A DNA stretch of 64,000 bases from Bdellovibrionota bacterium (GTDB lineage: Bacteria; Bdellovibrionota_C; UBA2361; JBIKUX01). Positions 30,360 through 40,450 of this stretch are shown one piece after another. The position numbers and the translations under genes are program-made. Where the stretch lies: the NCBI GenBank assembly GCA_044347345.1, contig JBIKUX010000001.1, positions 1-64,000 of the forward strand, given 5' to 3'. Under the pieces are notes generated by a model. That model had not been told where the DNA came from. It was given only the letters and a program-made list of their open reading frames with translations, and made no database searches. How positions within the stretch are numbered: the stretch's first letter is position 1; every line of letters begins with the position of its first letter.

Positions 30360-31066
30360 AGGGCTTTTTTATGGATACCCTCACCAGTCTAATCGACCTA
30401 TTTCTACATCTAGACAAACATCTGGTAGAGTTGGCCGTTACTTATGGCCTATGGCTCTACGCCATACTTTTTTTAATAATTTTTTGCGAAACTGGCCTTG
30501 TAATTACCCCATTTTTACCGGGAGATTCTCTCCTATTTGCAGTAGGTGCTCTTTCGGCAGGGGGGGCATTAGAAGTACACAAAACCGTAGTATTACTTAT
30601 AATAGCCGCTATCCTTGGAGACTCAGTTAATTACTACATAGGTAAACGAGCCGGAACATGGCTACTTGGAGCATGGGGAGGGCGTTTAATAAAAAAAGAA
30701 CATGTAGTAAAGACAGAAAAATTTTTCGAGCGTTACGGAGGTAAAACTATTATCTTTGCGCGTTTTGTCCCTATTATTCGAACCTTAGCTCCATTTATGG
30801 CAGGCGTAGGGTCTATGGATTACTCCAAATTTTTGATTTTCAACATATCTGGCGGAATAGCTTGGGTGGCTCTGTTTATTTACGGTGGCTACTTGTTTGG
30901 CGGGCTCCCGATAATAAAGAACAACTTTTCTCTAGTAATTTTAGCTATTATCATTATCTCACTTTTACCGCCCCTCATTGAAGCAGTGCGAGAACGGAAA
31001 CGAAGCCGTGTCAGTGATGCCGATGTGTCAGTGGCACCGGAGTGTCGGTCTAAGAAAATATCGTAA
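30356..31066 (+). CDS. dedA: DedA family membrane protein
   Basis: FCETGL...FLPGDSLLF, GDSVNY.IG, FFERYGGKTIIFARFVPIIRT. Confidence 0.95.
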   Translation: MKGFFMDTLTSLIDLFLHLDKHLVELAVTYGLWLYAILFLIIFCETGLVITPFLPGDSLLFAVGALSAGGALEVHKTVVLLIIAAILGDSVNYYIGKRAGTWLLGAWGGRLIKKEHVVKTEKFFERYGGKTIIFARFVPIIRTLAPFMAGVGSMDYSKFLIFNISGGIAWVALFIYGGYLFGGLPIIKNNFSLVILAIIIISLLPPLIEAVRERKRSRVSDADVSVAPECRSKKIS

Positions 31067-31281
31067 TTTAATATCTCTAAGAGATACCGTCGGCCGATTA
31101 CTGAACCATAATCTCTAAAAATACCGACTATAGTAATTGTTTCGGTGATAATTTTGCAGCCCGGTGAGTGCTTTAAGTTGTGTGGTAAACAAAAAGTTTA
31201 ATTATAGTTCAGTACCTAGCAGGGTTACTGGCTAGCAGGGTAGCTATTTTCAAGCAATCTTAACTTTAAAAGACGGTAAGT

Positions 31282-32682
31282 ATGATCTCCATAAAAAAAC
31301 CGTTCCTTGTTCTTCTTAAACCGCTATTAAATAATGATAAGGAAATGGGCAGAAGTAGCTTAGCTTTTTATCTACCCATAATTCTTGGTGGTACCTTAAG
31401 CTTAAGTGCCATTAGTTCAGCTGAAGTAATAGAGCAAATCACCCCGGACTTTTCTGAAAAGTCTTTATCGCTTCCAAATACCACAAGTAAAGCTATTATA
31501 TGGGCTGAGACAAAAGGGAATTCGTCAAGTCCGGTATTTGTGCGAATAGATGGCCCTGTTGGAAGTGTCATAACTCTAGATGCCGCAAAAAAGGTGGGAG
31601 TGGTAACCCCTCAATCTCTTTCTTCTTCTTCCGGCTGGTATAAACTACCTATAGGCCGTAGCATCCAACCCACCGGTGCAAACAGTTTACCTATTCAAAA
31701 TATAAGGCAACTGTCACTAAATTCTACCAAGTATGGTAGCGATTTTTTACAGCAGCATCACGATAAAAAATCTGACGGCGATATTGTTACCAAAACGCTT
31801 CGTCAGTCCTTTGGAATTGGTACAGACTTATGTACGGCACTCAGTCCATCTGACATCAAAACAATAGGAGAGACTCTATTTGGTAATTCATGGACTAGAG
31901 ATAAAGTATGTTCGTGGCTACGAGATCAAGTAGCTGGCTCACCAGGATTTAATGAAGAAGGGATTCCCGTACCAGGAAGTGGTGGTAGTAATGGATCTGG
32001 TATAGTAGAAAACCTTCCAGACTCCGTAGCATCTGCGCCAATAAATCCAAACGATCCGTTCTTTTCAAACAAAAACTATGGATCTTTAAATGTAAGAGCA
32101 CTATTAAACAAAGATGCTTGCTCTTCCACATCAGATAAATACTTAGTACGCATTACAATCGACTTTTCCTCCGTTAATCGTGCGGTTCTTGGCTCTTCAA
32201 TTACTATAAAAAGTAGACTGTTCACCGACGAATATAATGGGCGAACCTCCGCCTCGATTAAGCCTGAATCAGAAGGAAAGTTTTTTCCAAAGCCGTTAAT
32301 TTTAATGAGTAGCTTGGGATGGAACGAATCAATATCAGTGAAACAGTGGAATAACGTAGCTCCGATTGGTCGCGGAGCAATACCCGTCAATGGTCGGGAT
32401 AGAGTTTTTTGGCAAGGTTTAGTTTTAGCACGAGCGCCGATAGATAACTTACTCAGAGGTCGTAGCTCTATTGCAAGAAACTTTGCAACATCAAAACAAC
32501 AGCAGCAACGTAGACGACGTCCAAGCAACAATAATAATAAAAAACCGACGTCATCAAATTCAAGTGGTAAAATCAAACCGGGAAAACGAGCTACATTTGA
32601 ACTTTACACTCCTGATAAAGCATACGGAGTATGCCTCTCGGTAAAACGCTCGAGACAGCGAGTTAATGGGTATCCGGGCTAG
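31282..32682 (+). CDS. Hypothetical secreted protein
   Basis: 466-aa ORF with a signal-like hydrophobic segment, Ser/Gly-rich, a few Cys; no recognised domain. Confidence 0.65.
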   Translation: MISIKKPFLVLLKPLLNNDKEMGRSSLAFYLPIILGGTLSLSAISSAEVIEQITPDFSEKSLSLPNTTSKAIIWAETKGNSSSPVFVRIDGPVGSVITLDAAKKVGVVTPQSLSSSSGWYKLPIGRSIQPTGANSLPIQNIRQLSLNSTKYGSDFLQQHHDKKSDGDIVTKTLRQSFGIGTDLCTALSPSDIKTIGETLFGNSWTRDKVCSWLRDQVAGSPGFNEEGIPVPGSGGSNGSGIVENLPDSVASAPINPNDPFFSNKNYGSLNVRALLNKDACSSTSDKYLVRITIDFSSVNRAVLGSSITIKSRLFTDEYNGRTSASIKPESEGKFFPKPLILMSSLGWNESISVKQWNNVAPIGRGAIPVNGRDRVFWQGLVLARAPIDNLLRGRSSIARNFATSKQQQQRRRRPSNNNNKKPTSSNSSGKIKPGKRATFELYTPDKAYGVCLSVKRSRQRVNGYPG

Positions 32683-32689
32683 AAATTAT

Positions 32690-32911
32690 TTAATTATCTA
32701 CACTTGGTGATTTTGTAGTAATTTCTTTTACTTTAGCTTTTACGCGGTCTAGAAGCTTTCTTGCCCATATAAACTCGGTACCAAGAACTGCAAGTCCTAT
32801 AGGAATAACCACAAAAGCTGGTCCAGGAAGAACAAGTAAGGCTAAACCTATGGCAAGGATAGTGCCGCCTAACACCATCACTATTACTTTTCGAGCGGTT
32901 TCAATTAGCAT
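32690..32911 (-). CDS. PGPGW-domain small membrane protein
   Basis: GLALLVLPGPAFVVIPIGLAVLGTEFIWA. Confidence 0.85.
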   Translation of the reverse strand: MLIETARKVIVMVLGGTILAIGLALLVLPGPAFVVIPIGLAVLGTEFIWARKLLDRVKAKVKEITTKSPSVDN

Positions 32912-33572
32912 GACAGTCTTTGCTCTTTCTCCAATCTAATAAAAGCGTAGCTACATTACTGGCCAGAGCGCCACCAAATTCTACTGGAGTTGGTATCCAT
33001 AAAGTATCTGCACCAAATTGCTTGGCGTATTCAATTAAAGAGTATGCTACATCAACTGATGAGGTCTCATTTTGCAAGTTAACCCCTATTCCACATCTCA
33101 GCCATCCTCCACGAGACTCAACCAACACACCAGCGACCTTTAGACCGCAATCTGAAAATAAAATATCGTTAGGCCATTTTACTCGCAATTGAAATCTTTT
33201 CTTACAGGGAATAAAGGATTCAATAGTAGCAAGCACTACTTGACCAATAGTAAGAGTTACCCCTTGCCATAACGCGTAAGTATTAGAGGTGCCGCTATTG
33301 CTGGTAGGTAACTCAGAAAAAAGTGGCACATAGAATGTGCCCCAAAAGCCCCCAGGGGGTGATATCCAAAGCTTTCCGTGCGTGCCCCGCCCTCCTGATT
33401 GACTTTCTGCCATTACTAGAGATACCGCATCGTACGGATGAGCCCCTTGTGGAGGATTATCCATAGTTGAAGATATACTCTTATAACATTCGACTTTAAA
33501 TAAAACAGGAGCAGATTCAGAAAGAAACTTTTCCCACAGGTGTAGACGTTTTGGAGCACATGCATCATCCAT
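32901..33572 (-). CDS. birA: Biotin-[acetyl-CoA-carboxylase] ligase, catalytic domain only
   Basis: AESQSGGRGTHGKLWISP, VKWPNDI, KVAGVLVE, GIGVN. Confidence 0.85.
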   Translation of the reverse strand: MDDACAPKRLHLWEKFLSESAPVLFKVECYKSISSTMDNPPQGAHPYDAVSLVMAESQSGGRGTHGKLWISPPGGFWGTFYVPLFSELPTSNSGTSNTYALWQGVTLTIGQVVLATIESFIPCKKRFQLRVKWPNDILFSDCGLKVAGVLVESRGGWLRCGIGVNLQNETSSVDVAYSLIEYAKQFGADTLWIPTPVEFGGALASNVATLLLDWRKSKDCHAN

Positions 33573-33607
33573 CTTAGAAACATCCTAAGGGAAACAGCTC
33601 TACAGAA

Positions 33608-34495
33608 TTAAATCTTTTTCTCAAATTTTACGCGAGCAGAGATATCAACCGACCTTACGTTGGTAGTTAAAGAACCCATTGATACATACTTTATCCCAAG
33701 CTCTGAAATAGCCGTAAGTCTAGAATCAGAGGTAACACCACCAGATACCTCAACTACAGGTGATGATGATGATGGTGTCTTAAGACGAGCTATTTCATCC
33801 ATACAGGCTCTTATTGTATGGTCATCCATATTGTCTAAGAGAATAAAATCAGGAGAACCTGCCAAAACTATTTGCAACTCAGCAAGAGAGCGTACTTCAC
33901 ATTCAATAGGAGTATGCCAAGGCTTTCTAGCTCTTATTCTTTCAAAAAAAACTCTAGATTTTTCCGCATCAGTCACCCCCGCAGCGTCTAAATGATTATT
34001 CTTAATGAGAATCATATCTCCCAAAGATAACCTATGGTTAGTGCCACCGCCAATTAAAACTGCATACTTTTCAAGCACACGCCACCCTGGTGTTGTCTTA
34101 CGAGTATCGAGAAGATGCAACTTAGGATGCTTGAGTTTAAGCTGATGAACTTTAGTTGAAATACCGCTAAGTCGTTGCAAAAAATTAAGCCAAATACGCT
34201 CAAGAGAGAGAAGCCACTGCATCGAACCCTCTACTATAACCAAAGGTTCCATTTCACTACACACAGTACCATCAACAACTTTTGGGCTTATTGCGAGATT
34301 AGCTCCCACTTGATTAGCTATTCGCTCTATTAGAGTGATACCACAGACTACTAAACTCTCACGAGCGATTAATACCATGCTACCGCTTGCTGCCGAATCA
34401 ATAGCAAGAGCAGATGTAAGATCTCCAAGACCAAGGTCTTCTTGAATCGCAATCTTAATGAGATCATCAACCGTAGGTGACGCTAAATACGACAT
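33608..34495 (-). CDS. nadC: Quinolinate phosphoribosyltransferase
   Basis: EDLGLGDLTS, ERIWLNFLQRLSGIST, DTRKTTPG, NHRLSL.D..LIKNNH, ILLDNM, EVSGG. Confidence 0.95.
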   Translation of the reverse strand: MSYLASPTVDDLIKIAIQEDLGLGDLTSALAIDSAASGSMVLIARESLVVCGITLIERIANQVGANLAISPKVVDGTVCSEMEPLVIVEGSMQWLLSLERIWLNFLQRLSGISTKVHQLKLKHPKLHLLDTRKTTPGWRVLEKYAVLIGGGTNHRLSLGDMILIKNNHLDAAGVTDAEKSRVFFERIRARKPWHTPIECEVRSLAELQIVLAGSPDFILLDNMDDHTIRACMDEIARLKTPSSSSPVVEVSGGVTSDSRLTAISELGIKYVSMGSLTTNVRSVDISARVKFEKKI

Positions 34496-34644
34496 AAACT
34501 ACAAACTCCTAAGGCTACACAACACCTTAACTATCTTTTCAGTAGAATGTAGCACTTCATAACAACTCTGTTTATAGCAAGTGATGTAATATTCTGACTA
34601 ACGCTGTAATCAGAAAATCTGACCAGAAAGATATAGACTTTAGG

Positions 34645-35676
34645 TTACCGTTCTCTTACAGCTACTTCAACCGCACCAGCTTCAGCTTGTGATAGCTTAA
34701 TCTTGACAGGGTAAAATTCCTTACACAATCCGATAACGCTTCGCGCAGTATCATTTAAGCCAGTTGCCACGAATGTTCCCCCACCAGCGGCGCACATAAC
34801 AGGTAACAGGATATGAGCGGCAGAATCGGTAACCGGAGCTTGAGAGGCAAGATAACTTTCAGCTTCTTTAGCAACCCCTTCAGCTATATCAGATAACGAC
34901 TTACCTTCAGTAACATAACCGGTAAATGCCTGCACTACAAATTCGCTTTCAAGCTCAATCACCACTGTATCCATAGAATCAAAACTTGCGGGTAAAAGCG
35001 ATATATTTAAAGCACCATCATCACAACCAGTAGCTTCTCGCAGAGTTAATTTGACTGTTTCTTGTGACTCAAAGTTTAATGAGCGAACCATAGCTATAAC
35101 ACGCTTGGCTCGTAATTTTCCCCGCTCTGCAAGATGATATCGTTTAATAAATTGGCTACCTTCTGTGGCAAGGCTAACCTTACCTACTCCACGAGGAGCA
35201 AATCCGGCTTGATGTAAGGTGAGATTCAAATCAAGCCCACCTGAGCGATAAAGCGGCAATACTACCCGATTAAAGTAGTCGTATGAAGGACCATCAGATT
35301 GATGGGTAGCTCCAAAAACTGTGACCTGAGATGATGAGTGAGCTAAACATAGGGGCAGAACTACACTTTCAATTACCTCAAATACATTTCCGGCAGTTCC
35401 TACACTAAATGTATACTTTCCAGATTTAAGCTCTTTTGGATAAAACTTAAAACAGGTTCGACCAAGCTCAACCCCCTCGCAATGACCTCTACTTACGGCA
35501 ACAGCGAGGTCAAGCATTGTAATGTGCCTTCGTTGTAAACCAGGACGTACCGAATTAACGAGAAAATTCTCGACAATTAACGGTCTACCAGTCAAAAGAG
35601 ACAAAGATACAGCAGTACGAACTACAGCTTCAGCGTCAGCTATCTCTAAAGCATTAATGAATACTGCTGAACTCAT
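34645..35676 (-). CDS. RNA 3'-terminal phosphate cyclase (RtcA)-like protein, probably catalytically altered
   Basis: RTAVSLSLLTG.P, RPGL..RH, VGTAG, GAT, GFAPRGVG fold motifs; GEGGGQ, DQL and the catalytic His appear substituted. Confidence 0.8.
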   Translation of the reverse strand: MSSAVFINALEIADAEAVVRTAVSLSLLTGRPLIVENFLVNSVRPGLQRRHITMLDLAVAVSRGHCEGVELGRTCFKFYPKELKSGKYTFSVGTAGNVFEVIESVVLPLCLAHSSSQVTVFGATHQSDGPSYDYFNRVVLPLYRSGGLDLNLTLHQAGFAPRGVGKVSLATEGSQFIKRYHLAERGKLRAKRVIAMVRSLNFESQETVKLTLREATGCDDGALNISLLPASFDSMDTVVIELESEFVVQAFTGYVTEGKSLSDIAEGVAKEAESYLASQAPVTDSAAHILLPVMCAAGGGTFVATGLNDTARSVIGLCKEFYPVKIKLSQAEAGAVEVAVRER

Positions 35677-35781
35677 GTGTCTTTTTTGCGACCTAAGATA
35701 TTACTGTTTGGATGCGAACTATTTAAAAAGGTCGGCTAACGAATGGTACAAGTTTACTCGAACTTCAAAATGAAATGATGT

Positions 35782-38700
35782 TTAGTAGAAAAAAAGCGCG
35801 GAACGACCCAAAAGCTGCTCACTTTCCTCGATTAGTGCCTCACTAGCTTCGACCCTAATTGTTTCCAAGCCATTTCTCAAAACAAGAGAGCGACCCTTAC
35901 CAAGAAAATCACCGATGACTAAAACAGAACAAGTGCCCTGATATTTTGCAAATAGCTGAGCTAAGGCCGAAAGCACTTCAGGCGGATCAGTTTCTCTTAA
36001 TTCTAAGCGCCCGATTCGAGATGAACGGGATCTAACTGCCGCAAACAACTCTATATTCTCAACAATTAGAGCTGTTCTTTCCTCCGAAATTTCTGCTTTA
36101 CCCTGCACAATAATAGGCTCTTCTGAACCTAAAAGTTGATGTACTTGCTGATAGATATCTGGCCAAACTACACTCTCAATAGTTCCATCGTAATCTTCCA
36201 ATAGAAACGAAGCATAACGGCCTCCCTTCTTAGTATTCTTAAGCTTTAGCGCAGTAACCATTCCGCCTATGCTTACTTTGTCACGAGGCTCTCCCTCGCG
36301 AACCTGAGCAGTAGTACGAAGACCGAGCCGAGGAATATCCTTCTTATACCGTTCGAGCGGATGTCCTGAAATGTAAAAACCGAGAGCTTCCTTCTCGAAA
36401 GCAAGTTTTACCTTTAATGACCACTCACTCAAATTCGACGTACGTAAAGTTAAAGCTAATGCTGACCCCTCTCCTTGACCACCAAACAATGACATTTGAC
36501 TAGATTCAGCATCTCTGCGATGCACTTGCGCGAGAGAAATAGACTCCTCTAAGCCCTCAAACAAGTCGCGACGAGTCTTGCCAAAATCATCAAATGCTCC
36601 GGATTTTATTAAACATTCAAAAGCTCTTTTATTGATAGCTCGAAGATCCGCTCCTTCGAGAAAATTCTCATAAGACGAAAAAGACCCTGTCTGCTCTCGC
36701 TGTGATAAGATTGCTTGAACTACTTTCTCACCAACTCCCTTAATTGCCTCAAGACCATATCTAATACCTCCCTGCTCTACTCTAAAAGACGCGCCACTAT
36801 GATTGATTGAAGGAGGGAGTATGGCGATACCTTGATTGCGACATTCATTGAGATTCTTGAGCGTTTTATCACTATCACTCATTTCAAAAGTCATTAGTGC
36901 GGTCATAAACTCAACAGGATAATGCGCCTTTAAATAAGCAGTTTGAAATGAGATCAAAGCATAAGCTACAGAATGGCTACGATTAAAACCATATCTGGCG
37001 AAGGTCTCCATTTGACCAAAAATATCCTCAGCCAAACTTATACTAATATCTCGCTCGCAAGCTCCAGCTACAAAACGCTCTTTTTGTTTAGCCATCTCCT
37101 CGGGCTTCTTCTTACCCATTGCACGTCTAAGCATATCAGCCTCTGCAAGCGAATAACCTGCAAGATCTCTTGCAAGCTGCATAATCTGCTCTTGATACAA
37201 AATAATTCCATAAGTATCACTGAGTACCGACTCCATCAAAGGATGGAGATATGTTACAGGCTCGCGTCCGTGCTTACGCTCTATATAATGGTCAACCATA
37301 CCCGCATCTAGCGGACCAGGACGATATAGCGCTAAAATAGCGACCAAATCATCAAAACAACTCGGCTTTAGCCTAATTGTCATCTCGGTTATTCCAGTTG
37401 ATTCAAGCTGAAATACTCCTACCGTATTTCCTGAACTGACAAGTGAGTATGTCTTAGAATCCTCTAGCGGAAGATGCTCCAATTGTAGCTTTTGCCCTTT
37501 TGTCTCATTAACAAGTTTCACCGCTTCATGAAGAACTGAGAGAGTTTTTAAACCAAGAAAATCAAACTTTACTAAACCTACTTTTTCAACATAACTCATA
37601 GCGTACTGAGTAACGTCATTTCCGTCTTTATCCTCCATCATAGGTAAAAGCTCAGTTAATGGACGATCACCAATAACAACGCCAGCGGCATGAGTAGAGG
37701 AATGACGAGTAAGGCCTTCGAGTTTAAGAGCCAGAGAAATTAATTCTTTTCCCTCACCTTCAGCATACTCCTTTAAGCGAGGCTCCATTCTAAGAGCCTC
37801 TGAGAGAGGATAATCAAATCCTTGTCGTGGAGCTGGAATTAGTTGCGCTATGCGATCCATTTCAGCGTAGGGCTTACCTAGTGCTCTCCCTACATCTTTT
37901 ACTGCGGCCTTGGCCTTCAAGGTACCAAAAGTTGCTATCTGTGCTACTCGATCTTTTCCGTATTTTTCACTGACATACCGAAGCACTCTCTCTCTACCAA
38001 AAATACAAAAATCGACATCAATATCTGGTAAACTAATCCTATCTGGATTCAGAAATCTTTCAAATAAGAGCTTATTTACAATAGGGTCAACATCAGTAAT
38101 CCTCATGGCATAAGCAACTAAAGAACCAGCTGCACTTCCACGCCCAGGACCAACAGGAACACCATTTTCTTTAGCCCAAACTATAAAATCGGAAACTACC
38201 AAAAAGTAGCTAGAAAAGCCCATTTTTTGGATAAGAGCTATCTCAAGTTCGAGACGATCACGATATTCCTCGATAGTTCTATCCTTAGGGATACCTGATA
38301 CCATTCGCCTGTCCAGCCCACTGCGAGCTTGCTTGGCCATTAATTCGTCGTGCTCATTATCTGAGCTTTCACTGAATCTTGGCATGTAATAACGATTAAA
38401 ATCAAAATCTAAACTACACTTATTAGCAATAGCTACAGAATTTGATAGGCTCTCTTCAATCTGAGGGAAATCGGCAAATTCCTCTCGCATTTCATCACAA
38501 CTTTTCAGAAATAAGGTAATATTTTCATGACGTATTCGATTTGGATCTAGTACTGTCTTACCGGTAGCAATACACATCAAAACTTCTTGAGCATAATGAT
38601 CATCTCTGTTGCAATAATGGCAGTCAGTAGTAGCAATCAAAGGTATCCCTAAATCACGACTAAGCTCAAAACAAGCTTGATTCAAACGACGCTGTTCTGA

Positions 38701-39243
38701 GATTGGATGCGGTTGAATCTCTAGGTAACATCTGTCCGGAAAATGCTTTGCGTAAAACTCCATCAGCGAGCGAGCTGATTTGTAATCACCCCGCTCAACA
38801 GCGTGATTAAGCTCACCAGCTAGGCAGCCTGTAAGAATAATTAGACCACTCGAATATTGAGATAAAAGTTCATGATCAACTCTTGGCTTATAATAAAAGC
38901 CCTCCTTATAAGCTAAACTAACTAGTCGACATAGATTTTGGTATCCCTCATAGCTTTGAGCTAAAACAGTTAGATGGAAGTTAGGCGATCCGCCCGCTTG
39001 CACGGAACGTCGGTCTAAGCGAGAACCCCCTGTTACGTAGAGTTCACAGCCAATTATAGGCTGAATGCCAACTTTTTTGGCTGTCTCATAAAACTCTATA
39101 GCACCATGAAGATTACCATGGTCTGTCATCGCTATAGCGGGTTGACCGAGAGAGAAAGCTCGTTCAACGATATCTTTTATTTTGTTGGCTCCGTCTAGAA
39201 GACTGTATTGAGTATGAAGATGAAGATGACAAAACGACCCCAT
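35782..39243 (-). CDS. dnaE: DNA polymerase III alpha subunit
   Basis: HLHLHTQYSLLDG, GPGRGSAAGS, PDIDVDF, HAAGVVI, KFDFLGL, YGFNRSHS, C-terminal OB fold. Confidence 0.98.
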   Translation of the reverse strand: MGSFCHLHLHTQYSLLDGANKIKDIVERAFSLGQPAIAMTDHGNLHGAIEFYETAKKVGIQPIIGCELYVTGGSRLDRRSVQAGGSPNFHLTVLAQSYEGYQNLCRLVSLAYKEGFYYKPRVDHELLSQYSSGLIILTGCLAGELNHAVERGDYKSARSLMEFYAKHFPDRCYLEIQPHPISEQRRLNQACFELSRDLGIPLIATTDCHYCNRDDHYAQEVLMCIATGKTVLDPNRIRHENITLFLKSCDEMREEFADFPQIEESLSNSVAIANKCSLDFDFNRYYMPRFSESSDNEHDELMAKQARSGLDRRMVSGIPKDRTIEEYRDRLELEIALIQKMGFSSYFLVVSDFIVWAKENGVPVGPGRGSAAGSLVAYAMRITDVDPIVNKLLFERFLNPDRISLPDIDVDFCIFGRERVLRYVSEKYGKDRVAQIATFGTLKAKAAVKDVGRALGKPYAEMDRIAQLIPAPRQGFDYPLSEALRMEPRLKEYAEGEGKELISLALKLEGLTRHSSTHAAGVVIGDRPLTELLPMMEDKDGNDVTQYAMSYVEKVGLVKFDFLGLKTLSVLHEAVKLVNETKGQKLQLEHLPLEDSKTYSLVSSGNTVGVFQLESTGITEMTIRLKPSCFDDLVAILALYRPGPLDAGMVDHYIERKHGREPVTYLHPLMESVLSDTYGIILYQEQIMQLARDLAGYSLAEADMLRRAMGKKKPEEMAKQKERFVAGACERDISISLAEDIFGQMETFARYGFNRSHSVAYALISFQTAYLKAHYPVEFMTALMTFEMSDSDKTLKNLNECRNQGIAILPPSINHSGASFRVEQGGIRYGLEAIKGVGEKVVQAILSQREQTGSFSSYENFLEGADLRAINKRAFECLIKSGAFDDFGKTRRDLFEGLEESISLAQVHRRDAESSQMSLFGGQGEGSALALTLRTSNLSEWSLKVKLAFEKEALGFYISGHPLERYKKDIPRLGLRTTAQVREGEPRDKVSIGGMVTALKLKNTKKGGRYASFLLEDYDGTIESVVWPDIYQQVHQLLGSEEPIIVQGKAEISEERTALIVENIELFAAVRSRSSRIGRLELRETDPPEVLSALAQLFAKYQGTCSVLVIGDFLGKGRSLVLRNGLETIRVEASEALIEESEQLLGRSALFFY

Positions 39244-39393
39244 AACAAAAAACTACTTAAATCTAAGAGATGAAACTAGATACTACTACAGAAACTTTTT
39301 TGTTAAAAAGGAGGCCGTGATGTTTCACTAACCACAGATACTTATTTTACCCGTGAGGTTTAACTTACCGAATGCTATTTACCGACTTAAAGG

Positions 39394-40188
39394 TTATGTG
39401 GTTATTCTCTTTACAAGCTCTTGTATTCCTGAAAATCCGGCAGAGCTTAGCTTTACCTTAGAGCTTCTGCTTCCCACCTGAGCTAAGGCGTTAGCGTTTG
39501 AAAAACTAAAGAGTGAAAACTTAAGGTTAGGCCATTTTCGAGAAAAAAACCTGGCAGAGTCTCCATAAGATAAATCAAAAGCCCTGAAACCATATCTTTC
39601 AACCAAAAACGGCAAGGTAGCCAGACGATTAGGAGTCTTATCTATTCTGCTCGGGAAAATCGCCCCACCACGCTCTTCAACCTCATTTACAATAGAATCA
39701 AAAGGACGTGGTACAATGAAATCATCGTTAAACGCGGCCTCTGGAGGAACTCCTAATGCAGTTAAGAACTCAGATACATTTTCAGCTGCTCTATTTTCTG
39801 AAAACAAGCATGTAACAATCAAGTTATCACAGTTGTTTAGGGAGGTACGGAGCTCAACTCCTGGAATAACGGTTAATTGTGTCCCACGCGCCGCGTTTAT
39901 TATGGAGTCCAGAGAAAATCCGGTATTACGATCAGTTACAGCAATGATATCTATACCTTTAACAATTGCGAGTCGTACTAGTGCAGGAGCAGCTTGCAAT
40001 CCTGACAAGGGAGAATTGCCTATTAAAGATAATGGAGTCCTTACTTTCAGATCCAAAACGTAACTTTTAAGTCGAGATTTTGATATCTCAATTTTCTTGA
40101 CTAGCAAATCTTCTTCAACAGTACCAGCAACTCGAACATCATTGTTTGGTTTCGAAATATTGGTTGACTTAGCCTGTTCAGTAGTCAT
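39394..40188 (-). CDS. PHP-domain protein with degenerate metal ligands
   Basis: DLKVRT (cf. DLHxHT), IAVTDRN (cf. TDHN), VIPGVEL, GGAIFPSRID (cf. PAH), SNAN (cf. SDAH). Confidence 0.8.
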   Translation of the reverse strand: MTTEQAKSTNISKPNNDVRVAGTVEEDLLVKKIEISKSRLKSYVLDLKVRTPLSLIGNSPLSGLQAAPALVRLAIVKGIDIIAVTDRNTGFSLDSIINAARGTQLTVIPGVELRTSLNNCDNLIVTCLFSENRAAENVSEFLTALGVPPEAAFNDDFIVPRPFDSIVNEVEERGGAIFPSRIDKTPNRLATLPFLVERYGFRAFDLSYGDSARFFSRKWPNLKFSLFSFSNANALAQVGSRSSKVKLSSAGFSGIQELVKRITT

Positions 40189-40450
40189 GTTGCAAAAAAA
40201 CGCTCCATCTATTGCACACTTTTTTACCGTCGCAGTAACTTTTAATCTAAAAAAGTCCCCGCCCCTTCTATTAGAAGCCTAATAAAGCTGCAAAGATTCC
40301 AAGCCAATCAATTAATTAACAAAAAAATTAAAAAAATGGTTGTTGATATTTTAAATCCTAACCTTTGATGCTTGGGCTATCCCACCGTAACCTGTAAATT
40401 ATAAGGAAACTAAACTTTTCAGCCTTCAGACGATTTAATACTGAAAAGAT

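Noticed and set aside
35782-39243. Intein or split in dnaE
   Set aside because: 1153 aa is a normal length, the motifs are contiguous, and no intein-like insertion was seen.
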